Positions 1 through 15,694 of a stretch of DNA of 43,336 nt are shown here, in pieces. The notes beneath the pieces are model-generated. The model was given only the letters and a program-made list of their open reading frames with translations, searched no databases and had not been told where the DNA came from. The DNA comes from Sphaeroforma arctica JP610 (lineage: Eukaryota), in contig NW_014040302.1 of NCBI RefSeq assembly GCF_001186125.1, forward strand, positions 1 through 43,336, in the 5' to 3' direction. Made by a program: the position numbers and the translations under genes. Each line of letters starts with the position of its first letter. Positions within the stretch are counted from its first letter, which is position 1.

Positions 1-67
1 TATAGTTAGTACAGAAAGAGAATCTGACAACTAAACTAGTTCAACTACATAAAAATAGCTCACATAC

Positions 68-148
68 ATTTAGCTGTTCATCCACAGTTTTCTCGAGCGC
101 CTGCACCATCTGCTGGGCGACAACCTCATTCTGCTGTGCACTTTCCAT
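68..148 (-). CDS. First coding exon of a gene running off the left window edge; probable thioredoxin-domain/phosducin-like protein (TXNDC9/PhLP3-like N-terminus)
   Basis: The minus strand reads ATG(148) MESAQQNEVVAQQMVQALEKTVDEQLN, followed directly by a GTATGT donor (27 codons, phase 0). From memory it resembles the N-terminal helix of TXNDC9/PLP3 proteins. Only 27 aa are visible. Confidence 0.45.
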
Positions 149-727
149 ATTTATCTATTATCCCTTCTTTGTTCACGTAGCAGGTTACCGCCTGTACCTA
201 TGTGACTTATGTGTGTACTCTTGTATAAAGATGTGTTCTAAATACAAAATTAGTATTGAAGCTCCAACTTCGGACCAAGGGTGTGCAATGCATCGTGTAA
301 TAGTACAAGCTCTCTTACTCTCCAGTAACTATCTAGAGAGACTAGAGAGTACATTATAATACAGAATAATCACCTCCTAAAAAATGTACGTTTTCAAGAA
401 TGTTCATAGCCTCTCGGTAAATAGTTGAAGTAAATATGCCAGGCGTAGGCAGGAGGTCAGTTTGTATCCATGCAGTAAACGTTTAGCGTGCCAGCAAAAT
501 GAACGAGTTCCTTTCCGTTTTAACGTAAAAAATACACTGCAAACTCGAGAAGTCTATTTTAGCTTTTACGTTTAAATTTGACGTATTTAAACCGTTTTTT
601 TTAAAATAAGACCGAGTGCATTTTACTGCAATATTTTATTTTTACCTAAAAAAAAATGTCGAGTTGTTGTCGGTAGACGGGTGGAGTGTCGAGTGTCGAC
701 ATGTGAGTATTTCTGCGAAGGCTTTTC

Positions 728-752
728 TCCCGCCAAAACAATTGAGGCGGGA
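728..752. promoter_or_regulatory. Pair of inverted E2F-like sites upstream of PRIM2
   Basis: TCCCGCCAAAA at 728-738 (reverse complement TTTTGGCGGGA) and GGCGGGA at 746-752, about 370 bp upstream of the PRIM2 ATG in AT-rich DNA. Confidence 0.55.
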
Positions 753-1113
753 TTTTCCGTTCCTGAGAAGACGGTATTTTGTATATTTTTTAGAAACAAT
801 ATTGTAGTTATTTAATATAATATGATGAGATCAGGTATCAAATCAATCTGTATCATGTACAACTAGCTATAAATATTTAAATATATAGAACTGTATAGCA
901 AGTTTTGAAGTTCGTAACCCAATCTTTCTGAGCTGTGTATATATTCAGTACACTTTCTCTCGAGTTACCCACACATATTTGTAATCCTAGATTATAACAG
1001 TATTGTGTATGTATACCGGTTGCCACGCACACCATACACTACTTTTCATTAGTATATCGAATACAGTGTATCAGTACAACTACTTCACATTGCATCTGTA
1101 CATCTAAGACAAG

Positions 1114-2301
1114 ATGGCTATCAACCAGGTCTCCCGTCGACGTAGGCGTGGGAATCTACAAGTACGAGATTCCAAGGTTCTTGACTCTGGTCGCTTTCCT
1201 CACCGGCTGTCACTATACAACACACCGCCGAACGATGAAGTGTCTCTGGAGGAGTTCGAGAGCTCTGGATACGACAGGCTTAGGCGTATGTTACATTCAC
1301 TATACCGCTTTTTTATAATGCTGTATTGTGATAGATGTGGGGTGTGTGTTGCTGGAAGCTTTGAGAATGGTAGATTTAAATAATTTTGTATATCTAGGGC
1401 TGCATTTGGCGGCCACTGGATTCTGATCGACGCTGACGGATATACGACCTATGCGTGGCACTATAGTGCTTATTGCGTGGCACTATAGTGATTATGTGGT
1501 ATGACCCTGTGGGACATAGTATAGTTTGTACAATGACGGGTATACGACCTATGCGTGGCACTATAGTGATTATGTGGTGTGACCCTGTGGGACATAGGAT
1601 TGATTGTCAATGGCGGGTATACGACCTATGCATGGCACTATAGTGATTATGTGGTGTGACCCTGTGGGACATAGGATTGATTGTACAATGACGGATATAC
1701 CTCCTATGCGTGGCACTATAGTGAATATGTGGTGTGGCCCTGTGGGACATAGGATTGATTGTACAATGACGGGTATACCTCCTATGCGTGGCACTATAGT
1801 GATTATGTGGTGTGACCCTGTGGGACATAGTATTGATTGTACAATGACGGGTATACGACCTATGCGTGGCACAATAGTGATTATGTGGTGTGACCCTGTG
1901 GGACATAGGATTGATTGTACAATGACGAGTATACCTCTTATGCGTGGCACTATAGTGCTTATTGCGTGGCACTATAGTGAGTATGTGGTGTGACCCTACG
2001 AGATATAGTATTGAATGTACATTTTGACGGATACGTTTCAGTGTGTCGATTAGACTGCCCGACATAAGTGGGATACTGTTGTTTGTTAAAATCTGACTTT
2101 GAGAAAAATCGCTCTGTTTTACAGCTCACATCAGCGGAATGATGGATCAATCATTTGTTATCACACATAGTTATTTTATCAATATTTTGTGAGTCATACT
2201 TCATGGGTATTTCAGTTCGACGTTCCACAGTGCTTGTGTGATGCATTCTCGATGTAGTCTCGATAGGTTGTGATACCGACCTATGTGAGATAGCATATAT
2301 G

Positions 2302-2342
<41 letters not shown>

Positions 2343-5300
2343 TAATATATATATATACTACTACNNNNNNNNNNNNNNNNNNNNNNNNNNNNNNNNNNNN
2401 NNNNNNNNNNNNNNNNNNNNNNNNNNNNNNNNNNNNNNNNNNNNNNNNNNNNNNNNNNNNNNNNNNNNNNNNNNNNNNNNNNNNNNNNNNNNNNNNNNNN
2501 NNNNNNNNNNNNNNNNNNNNNNNNNNNNNNNNNNNNNNNNNNNNNNNNNNNNNNNNNNNNNNNNNNNNNNNNNNNNNNNNNNNNNNNNNNNNNNNNNNNN
2601 NNNNNNNNNNNNNNNNNNNNNNNNNNNNNNNNNNNNNNNNNNNNNNNNNNNNNNNNNNNCTATACTCGTGCAAAGTGACACATACATGGGAGGTCTAAAT
2701 CAACACGCGTGGGACAATACCTATTTTTCACTCTAGACATTTTATGAGGTCGTATTGACTGTATAGTCCGATATGTGCAGGTCACTGGTTTTACTATACA
2801 CTCCGCGTGATCTTATACGACTAGCTCGCACGTGTACCTAACGTTTTCTGGATGTCGTTGATATTCTGCCGTTATGTGTTACACGCATGCGAATCACTAG
2901 ATCAATACTACTGCTGGCCTTGTGTCTGTAGATCGATGTATACACCATCACTACACGTCCACTTTTAAACTCACTATGAATAGGCACGTCAGAAACTGGG
3001 TGAGGTTTGAGTATCACAATCAACTAATCCTTAGGTACGAATTGTTCCGTGCATAAATATGTACCATAAAGCTCAGTTGTCAATATGTATAAACGTCATG
3101 CCAATAGTGGTTTGCTTGTACAACCATGATCGCTAATTTTGAAGTATGGCTGCTATCCCGAATTACGCCGTATTGGATTACTTCTCATCTAATTTGCTCC
3201 CATCGCTCTTTCCTTTCGACTTCTACATTAGTCCTGAAAGCGGTCGAACAGGCCAGGCTATGTCATCCGAAGCGAGGACCACAGTACTTCAAAGAAATAA
3301 GTAAGTAAGATTCAGTCTATTGAAGAACAAGATGGGATTAAGATATTCCGTGCAAATCTAGTTATTCACCCACTTCGCGATTCTCTCACTCCTTATACTC
3401 GGACCGAATAGCGAGTATACAGGCGTACCCTGATTGTAGCTTGGGAGAATGTTATTTGTGCCTACCATATAATGTATTGTATTTTCCTTCGCCGCCATAT
3501 GACTGTTGGTCTTAAGGCTCCACAAACAGGCTAAAATATATCGATTAGCCTTTGTAGATTATAAACATAAATATCTACCTTTTGATCGATGGTGTTTCTT
3601 AAACCGTACAGAAAAAGCATGTGACAAGTACATGCCACTCGGAGACAGCGGCGCACGGAATGCGGCAGATGTGTACGAAGAGAGACGAAAGGACCATTTG
3701 TCGCATTTTGTCTTGCGACTGGCGTATTGTCGTAGTGAAGAATTGCGCCGCTGGTTTCTGCAACAAGAAGTGGAGCTGTTCAGGTTTGTCTATGTACTCA
3801 CACAAGATGATGTATTTAGAGTCCAGTTGTGAGATGTTTTGCGATATGCTGTATGTCTTGTGTCATTCTGTACACTTTGCTACTTTTCGCACGTCTATGC
3901 AACCTTGTGGACTTGAACTGTTGACCTGCGAAGAGGACTTCTTCTGCATTCAGAGTTGGTTCCGAGGCACCGACGGTATGATATCTTTGCAGCAGCTCAA
4001 GCGTGTTTATTCTATCGTCTCGAATAACAGGTGCCGATTCGAGAACGAAAGCATCAACGATTTTCTAAACGCCATACAAAATCTCAAATACGACAAGGTA
4101 AATGCATTGTTGTTTGGTGTCTGTGCGTGCAGTATCAGCCACCACCTGTAAGGATATTGAGCCAGCTAGATAAGTGCTTACTAGACCTAGTCAGAACAAT
4201 ACCGTACCTTTCTCGTATTTTTATTTCATCGCGATCGCTTTCATCTATCCACGTATTCGTTTATACGACCTGAAATATCAATAGATGCACACCGATAGAT
4301 AGGTCTGTATACTCACGGAACATACCGTGTTTTCCATTCGCAGATGTCCGACGAAGAGAAGCGCGAATTGGAGTCCCAATTGAAGGACTGCGGTTTCAAT
4401 CTGAGCATAGAAACAGTGCGGGAAACTGCTTACTATAAGGTAAGTGAAACTTCTATGTGATTCGCGACTCTGTTCCTTGAATTCGGTTAGACACTACTTT
4501 CTCCATATGGTGTAATTACAACGGCAAATACGCGCATAAGCCCAATGATATGTTGTTGCGATATTCGACTGTAATTCGCCTCTCTGATAAAGTTCAGGTT
4601 TGTGTTTGTGTATAGGAAGATTGCACCGTGTGTTTTTGTGTGGGATTATGGAAAGTCAATATCAACGTCCACTCGTGCTTACTTCAGTAAATTGATGTGT
4701 AACGACTGCAATACGACTCCTGATTGTCGCAATTGGCTGTTTATGAATTGGAAGTTCGTATCGACAGTGAATCCTATATATTTATACACACAAGCTATTA
4801 CTTTCGGCACAAGCATGTGAACATCCTCAGATAAAACACGCGGACACAAATCATGCAATATATCAATAACTTCAGCTAAAGAATGCAAACATTTGCCTTA
4901 CAAAGAACTAACCGATATTTTAATTCTGCTTGGCCCACGTACAATATTTTTACTTTCACAACGCATGGCTATTTTACTAATGTCTTTCCTTTCCCAACAT
5001 AGTTACCATTCAAGCGGGCTTTGGAGCTCGTTAGGCAGAGGAAAGTGCTGCTGAAGGGCGGTATGGCCTATGTGCCAGAACAAGAGCTTTTGTCAATTAT
5101 CTGCTCTTCGTTCCGACAACGCCTCTCGCTAGCCCTCACGGTATGTCACACTAGCGCTGTCGCCTACTCACAAATGTTGGTCGTGTATTAATGTTTTGAT
5201 CTAGTGTAATACTCCGTTTTCGCCTATTTTAAGAGGATTAGGATCTGATTTGTATATTATATCTCGATAGCGTATCTGAAAAATACATCATTGTGATAGA

Positions 5301-6924
5301 CCATGTTGCAGGGTGTAGTGCCCATTGGATACGTCAGTGATACTAAGATTGTGATTTTTCAATATCTACTAGGTTACATAAGACCGAAAAGGTGTCCTTG
5401 TCGCTACTGGAATCACACCCTAAATACTTTTCATTGGTCTATTTGACCATCCCCTTGTATTCCACAGCACGCGTGTAAAGCCCTCCCCGCATTAGAAGAA
5501 GATGAGAGACTTGATCCCATCCTACGCACCATGAGCAAGAACGATCTGGCGGACGAGCAGCAACTGCAGAATCGCACCGGGGTGGTACACCCCTCAGACC
5601 TCGACGAGGTGAGTTTTATATGTCTTTCATAATATTTTTACATTTAGATTGATGCCGAATGTGATTTCGAGGACGATGCACTTGCACGAGCCCATATGAA
5701 CCCCAACTTAACTTGATCCGTTCCAGTTATCGAATACGGTGATGCCTCTATGTATGAGGAATCTGCACGTGAACTTCAAGGCGGATCATCATCTGAAACA
5801 CTGGGGTCGGCTTCAGTATGGTCTGTTCCTCAAGGTAGTCTCGATCTTAGATTTTAGGAATGCGCTCAAGAAAATAAGTGCTTTTTTTTTCTTCGTGAAA
5901 TTATCGCAACGTGAGCGTATTTCTCACCGTCAGCTATAATGTTTTACACACAGGGCATTGGGGTCATGCTGGAGGATGCTATCAATTACTGGCGCTCGGA
6001 ATTCACCCAGGTATGTCTGCTGTTCCCTCTACCTTCACGTACTATATGTGTATTAGGATGGTTACTATATTTGTGTTAGGATGGTGCGACCTGTGGTCCT
6101 AACAACTGGTCAAATATATCACATACAGAAAATGGCGATGGACAAGTTTGATCGCGAGCACGTGTATACGCTACGACACATGTACGGTAAAGAAGGCAAG
6201 CGCACCAATTACACGCCCTACTCTTGCGTCAAGATCATCACTGGGCAAGCCCCAGGCACTGGAGACCACCACGGCTGCCCTTTCAAACACTTCGACGGGA
6301 GCCACTTGGTGAAGGAACTTAAAAGCACGAAGGTTCCCAATCCAGCTATACAAGAGGTGTGGTGCATATTGTCTCGGGTCTTTGGAAGCTTGTCTGGCGT
6401 GCAGTGCTGCATGGTTGTCTTTACTACAGTTTAGAGATTCTTGAATTCGGTGCAATATGTTTTATACCGTGTTAACACCTTGTGCCGTTTACCACACTCG
6501 TGCGAGTCTTTTTAGACTGAGGTCCCTGCATCGGCTTCTAAAACACATTTGTATCTGACACGTATTTGCAATTCTCTTAGATCCTCAAGCTTGTTAAAGA
6601 TCAGCACTTCCAAGTGGCCTGTTCGAGATACTTCGCCTACAAAATTGGACCTCTACCGGTAAGGATGGAACAGTCACCAGTTGTTTAATCAGATTTTATT
6701 TGTCGCGGGTTGGCTTTTGCTTAATTATTGCTACGGAGGAATATATATGCACCATAGCTGAATCTGATAACGTCTTTATTGAACAGGAAAATGTGGACGT
6801 TCCTCTTATCAACCATCCCAACGGATACTTCACGAAGGCTATAGAACTAAATAACTTTAAAGCAGGTATAGTTAATGCTGGTGCTTCTACTGTCAAATCA
6901 GAGAGCTTACCTATCAACGAATAA
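1114..6924 (+). CDS. PRIM2: DNA primase large subunit (12 exons)
   Basis: Exons 1114-1285, 3232-3300, 3612-3783, 4031-4097, 4344-4439, 5003-5140, 5468-5608, 5727-5834, 5954-6010, 6129-6356, 6581-6658 and 6787-6924 join in frame through GT-AG introns. Motifs: [81 protein letters not shown]. All four [4Fe-4S] Cys ligands are present (PLCM, YSC, HGCPF, VACSRYF). AATAAA at 6938. Confidence 0.96.
1441..2010. repeat. 78-bp minisatellite (~7 copies) in PRIM2 intron 1
   Basis: TATAC(G/C)... unit starts at 1441, 1541, 1618, 1696, 1774, 1852 and 1930. Each unit contains the palindrome CACTATAGTG. The first and last units carry an extra 22-bp internal duplication. Confidence 0.95.
2296..2356. repeat. 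(TA)n microsatellite abutting an assembly gap
   Basis: Interrupted TA run immediately before the N-run at 2365. Confidence 0.9.
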
Positions 6925-7251
6925 GTACCACCATTTAAATAAACCTACAGAAACATGCGAAATTGAAGACGAAGTCATACAGAAGAATCTTCAGTATTGT
7001 CTCGCACCGATGCGATGGTATCAGCCATAGCTAATACAGCATAGTCGCAAGTCGAGATAGTGTAACTGGACCTTAAGAGTGCCTGCATTGATGACATAGA
7101 ATTTAACTGGCGGTCGGAATGCATTTTTGTGTCTTTTCTTACAGTACGACAAGTGGCTTACTCGACGTTCCAACGCCAAGATATTTTAAGTAGCACTTTT
7201 AATCGACAAGTTCACTGCACTCTACATTGTCGGATTGCTCCATCGGCGCTC

Positions 7252-10611
<3,360 letters not shown>

Positions 10612-12851
10612 ATGCAGGATTCGGGGACCGCGTTCAATGCGCTTCGTCTGGGGGCACACTTTGCTAAGACAAAAGAGGCTCAACGATTCGATGCTAACAT
10701 TAAAGCTACTCGATCTAGTTCTGAGAAACAAGATGCCACTGCAAACGTTGTTACTGCAAAGACTTTGCCGTCCGCCTTAGATTTCTTCGGTACTGCGGAA
10801 AAAGTTACAGAGACTATAGCAACCAAGGATGTAGCAGAAGTATTGGATAGTAGTGAGGGATCGAGGGAAAAGAAAAAGGTCAAAAAGGCCAAGAAAGAAA
10901 AGAGCGAGAAGAAGTCAAAAAAGCGCGATAAGAAGGATAAAAAAGATAAGAAGAGGAAACGTAGAGATAGTACAGATAACGCAGAGGCTGACCCCGCTAA
11001 GATGACTAAAGAAGAGAGTTTAGCACGTTTGCGAAAGGAGTACAAGATCAACGTATCTGGCAGTAGTGACGTGCCAGTACCATTTAGGACTTTTAGTTCG
11101 CTAACGGATGTGTACAAGCTCAATCCGGCCGTACAACGCAACTTAGTCACATGCGGGTATAGTGTACCGACCCCTATACAGATGCAAGCCATCCCCACTA
11201 TGATGGAAGGTCGCGATCTATTGGCATGTGCACCTACGGGTTCTGGTAAGACTATGGCATTCCTGGTGCCGCTACTGCACGCCTTGAAGAGTCCCGGTAA
11301 CGTCGGTTTCAGAGGTATTGTGTTGTGCCCGACGAAAGAGTTGGGTAGGCAGATTTATAACGAGTGTGAAAGGCTAGCCAAAGGGCTGCGACTGAAGATA
11401 CACTACCTCACTAAGGCCACAGCCAGTGCCAATAGTTTTGGACCGCAGACAAACCAGAAATTTGACCTGTTGGTTAGTACACCCATGAGATTGGTGGGTA
11501 TGATTCAGAATTCTACTATCAGGTTAAACAGTGTGGAGTGGCTGGTAATGGACGAGGCGGACAAACTGTGGGAGATGGGATTCTTAGAACAGGTTGACGA
11601 AATCATAGCGGCATGTGGATCGAGTAAACTCAAACTCGCCTTGTTTAGTGCCACACTTCCCGCCAAGGTGGAGGAGATGGCACGCACGATTCTGCGCAAT
11701 CCGGTCAAGCTTAGGATAGGGCCCACAAATGCGGCTACAGAACTGATCGACCAGCAGCTTCTATTTGTGGGTCGTGAGGACGGCAAGTTACTGGCCATCC
11801 GTCAGCTGATACAGCAGGTATGTGTGTTCCTGCTGTAATTATTGCTAGGTGCGATTATCACTTGTATGTATATACATTGTATCTCATCATACAAAAAAGT
11901 GATGTATCGACATTGAACCGACTATTTCCAGGTATTTGGACATGCAGATTTTGGTCTGTCCGTATATATGTATGGATCATTGATATACTATCTGGAATAT
12001 TTAATGACAGGGACTTCAACCGCCGTGTCTAGTATTTGTGCAAAGTGTAGAGCGAGCGAAAGAGCTCTTCAGAGAGCTCATCTACGATGGGATCAACGTG
12101 GATGTTATCCACGCGGAACGCACGCAGTTACAGGTATGTCACCTGCACGGTATCATATACACTTACATATAGATATGTATATATATATATATATATATAT
12201 AGTATGTCTAATTGCATATTCTTATGTTATGTGTATGTGTATGAATTTATTTTGTGCCTATATGTATACATGAATTGAATCATTGGATTGCATATGTGCG
12301 TATATTTGATTTGAAATGAATCGATCACGATTGTTTGTATTGCATTCAATATTACTGTCCATTGCGAACACCATATCTGATTTAATACTCTTACCCGTAC
12401 ATATAAACTGCAGCGAGAGAACGTTATCAAGAAATTCCGTTTAGGCGAGATATGGGTGCTAATTGCAACCAATATACTTGGGCGTGGTATCGATTTCAAA
12501 GGGGTGAATCTCGTGGTGAACTACGATTTCCCACAATCGACTGCGGATTATATCCATCGCATTGGACGAACTGGGCGTGCGGGCCGTCAGGGCAAAGCTG
12601 TGACGTTCTTCACCAATGATGATCGGCCTATGCTGCGTACGATAGGTAATGTGATGTTAGAGAGCGGGTGCGAGGTACCGGATTGGGTGATGGAGATTCC
12701 CAAGGCCAACAAGAATCAACTGCGCCAACTGAGGGCATTTCCCATCAAGCGTAAAGGCATAACGTCGATGTCAGCGTATGACAAAGAGAAAACTCGCAAT
12801 AAGCGAGACGCCATTTCACATTCAAAGGCGGTAAAGAAACAGAAAACGTAG
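10612..12851 (+). CDS. DDX52: DEAD-box RNA helicase DDX52/ROK1 (18S rRNA processing), 3 exons
   Basis: Exons 10612-11817, 12011-12133 and 12414-12851. Motifs: [43 protein letters not shown]1-typical segments [39 protein letters not shown] and [17 protein letters not shown]. Lys-rich N-terminal insert. Confidence 0.95.
12178..12201. repeat. (TA)n microsatellite in DDX52 intron 2
   Basis: Perfect TA run. Confidence 0.85.
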
Positions 12852-13220
12852 CGCAATTGATCGGAGTGAGAATAAGAATAGTACTTCGTATATTTTTCCT
12901 CTAACGAACATTTGAGATTACCTTTTCGAAATCCTGTCGAGACTTTTCCCGTTCAGAGTTTATGGTCTGGGCAAAATATTCGGTTTCCTCTGGGCCGTCG
13001 CTCCAATGTGGGTGATCACAATCGAATTAGTAATGGCTGAATGCAAACAACCTTGCGCTAGTTGTCCCCCTCCACATACTGAATTTGGTTACTATGTACA
13101 AAAGTATTCATGAAGCGGTTGGCCAGCGACGAAATTCACCCTGTGAATCATGCGAATTCGTTCTACTACTTAGAATTCATTTGGAACGACATGTGTACAC
13201 TTCGCATGTATAAGGGAAGC

Positions 13221-15102
13221 TCAGGCATCCACGGCCAAGTACTGTCCGCGGGTTGAAGTGGTTAGATCAGAGACGCTCAGTACCATCGTTGGCACATACG
13301 GTGCGACTAAGTAGGCGGCCTGAGATTCAGCATAGTCGCTATCGGGGATGGCATCCTTTCGTGAGTGGTAGAGACAGGTTTCGTCCTCCCCTACTGTCAT
13401 GCCATCTTGCTGCATTGCAGTGACGTGCGAATGAACTATCTCTGGCAACCTCCATATTCGAGACAAGCCTCGTCTAATCATGATCCGCTTTCGCCTGCAT
13501 GTGGTGAGTGCCAAAGTTAGGAGTTAGATAGCATTGGTATCAAATATTAGGTCGGTCCTGATTTATTTTGCCTACCTATGGGGGAAAGGAGTGACCGTAT
13601 TAATGTAATTCATTAAATGACAGACTACACAAGCGGAATCTCCTCGATTCATCTCCTTCTTCACTATCAGAATGTATTGTATTTAAGCATACCTGCGACG
13701 TCGGTTCTTGGGTGATTGGTCCAGTGTGTCAGATCCACCCCAGAACAGATCATCACGTAGTGCTAGTTTTTCTTGATTCCTCGTTGCAACATCCCACACA
13801 CGCGTAATCCCCGAGAGTCTCATCGAGGTTTTGCGCCTATAGTAAGTAGAAGTAGTGGAAGCGTTGTTACTAGTTGAAAATTGTGGACCTCAAATGCTAG
13901 TAAAGCTGTTGAAGCTCAACACAACACAGGCTGCGAAGCACAGACAATCGAAGCAGCAGCTTGTGCTTACACAAGCCATCGTTGGTTGTGTGTGATCTGT
14001 TCCATCGGCGTGTAACCAACTGTAGCATAGACGTATCCCTTGTCATAGCTATGCAGAATACGCCCCGAATGGTAAATATAGCTACACTTGTCGAATTCTA
14101 CCTTAAACACGAGGCTTTAGTGATCTGCTGTTCTCGTGTTAGAGGAGAACGAGTTGGCTGTTCCAAACCGATAGGCGTCGTGACATCCGTCTCTTCTACT
14201 ACTATGATCCGAGACCAAATCCGAGTTAATCCACGTTCGTCCATAATCTTCTTCCGCCTGTTCAATAGAAATCCCCATGATATTATATCAAAACATTCAA
14301 AAGCAAGTCATACAGATGTGTGATCCTCTTTAGAAAACATTGACATAGTCTGAATACAACTATCATTGGCTGAGTATTTGAACATTTTAACTGCGCCTCT
14401 GCGAGCCCGGTTATGTGCTCTCATGCTATAGTTGACCTAACGAGAATGTGTTCCCTTGGCAAAAAAACTACACACTTCACACAGATTGAAGTGATTGAAG
14501 TTTAAGTATATACCTGAAGCGCGTCATCGCAGTCTCCCACTGTCGCTCTGTCAGTGGTATCCGTGTCGGTAATGCTGGAGTGAGTGTGTTCTCGTGATCA
14601 TCGGAAGCTGTATCCCCCGAATTAAATGCACTATTCGTGTCAGCTGTGCTGTAGTATGCAGCTAGCAGAGCCTCGGAATAGAGTGCTTTCAGCCCTTGCA
14701 CAGGTGTTGAGTTACCTTCGCTCTCGTCCATAAAGGGCTGGTAGACAGGGATGGACAACCGCACACAGTTTTTAGAAAGAATTGCAAACCTTCCAAATAA
14801 TGCATTCTAATGTTCTTTTAGAAGGCTTTGAATCGTGGTCTAAAACGACATGTATTGTAGTATAGTCGTATTACCAAATTTTCCACACACTTAGAGCTAT
14901 AAGACGGCAGTGACAAAAAAGAATAACGAACGAATCCCTCATCGTACATACGCTTAGACATGAACTTCAACCCCTCCTGGTAAACAAATTCTGAGCAAAA
15001 AGGACTGTGAACCGTAGACAACATCTCTGTAGTGAACGCAAGTAGCCAATACTTTACCGAATTATAACTTACTTTCAACCAGGATGCCTCGAAGACAGCC
15101 AT
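13221..15102 (-). CDS. Hypothetical protein with three R-R-K-x-x-M-x-x-x-G-[LI]-x-R-[IV]-W repeats
   Basis: Well-supported in-frame exons: ~14737-14514, 14257-14102, 13836-13693 and 13494-13221 (three phase-2 GT-AG introns). Tentative 5' exons: 15102-15073 (MAVFEASWLK|GTAAGT) and 14976-14932. No family recognised. Confidence 0.7.
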
Positions 15103-15694
15103 GCTTGAACAAATTTTGCACGTATACCTGAATGCTGCGATGAACTGCTCTCTCTTAGAGAGAAGAAGGACCTATCAGTTGTTCAACATTAGCACACGAT
15201 TTAGGTATGTACAGAATCTGTTCATCTATGCCATCATGTTGAAATATATATGTATTTTTTATTTATTTTAAATATTACATATACTTTTATATTTAGAATG
15301 TCCTACAATGTCCTACGGACTCGTCCTTTCTCCCTCAATCTCATATTTTTACTTTTTATTCTAAATATTCTACTACTACATATTAGTATTTATTTTAGTA
15401 GAGAGAGTGAGATGGTTGTCGGTTCATTAGGTCTCTTGCTTGTCATGATATTTACATACATCTTGTAGGGCTTTTTTTTTAATTACACATATATATACCT
15501 TATATGTGTAAAAATAAAATATGTACACAATTGTACATCTGTTCCATTCAGACATGCTGTGTATTTATTGGTTCATCTCTAGTTCACTATTAAAAAACAA
15601 TCTGATAATAGATCTCGCAACGTTGGTTACAAATTGAACTCGGTGTATTAGAAAGCAGTACTGTTACTACAGCTGATTCATTAATTAATTAACT

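Noticed and set aside
1541..1568. Resemblance of TATACGAC...CACTATAG to T7/SP6 promoter (vector contamination)
   Set aside because: The match is partial with wrong spacing, and it is embedded in a diverged tandem array.
1441..2065. 78-bp array as a CRISPR array or as repeat-protein ORFs (1570-1950, 1604-1993, 1607-2065)
   Set aside because: The units are contiguous with no unique spacers, there are no cas genes, and the array lies in a spliceosomal intron. The ORFs arise because the unit length is a multiple of 3.
10680..11798. Antisense ORFs over DDX52 (similarly over PRIM2, KRR1, NAGS, PDHB)
   Set aside because: They are shadow frames of well-supported genes on the opposite strand.
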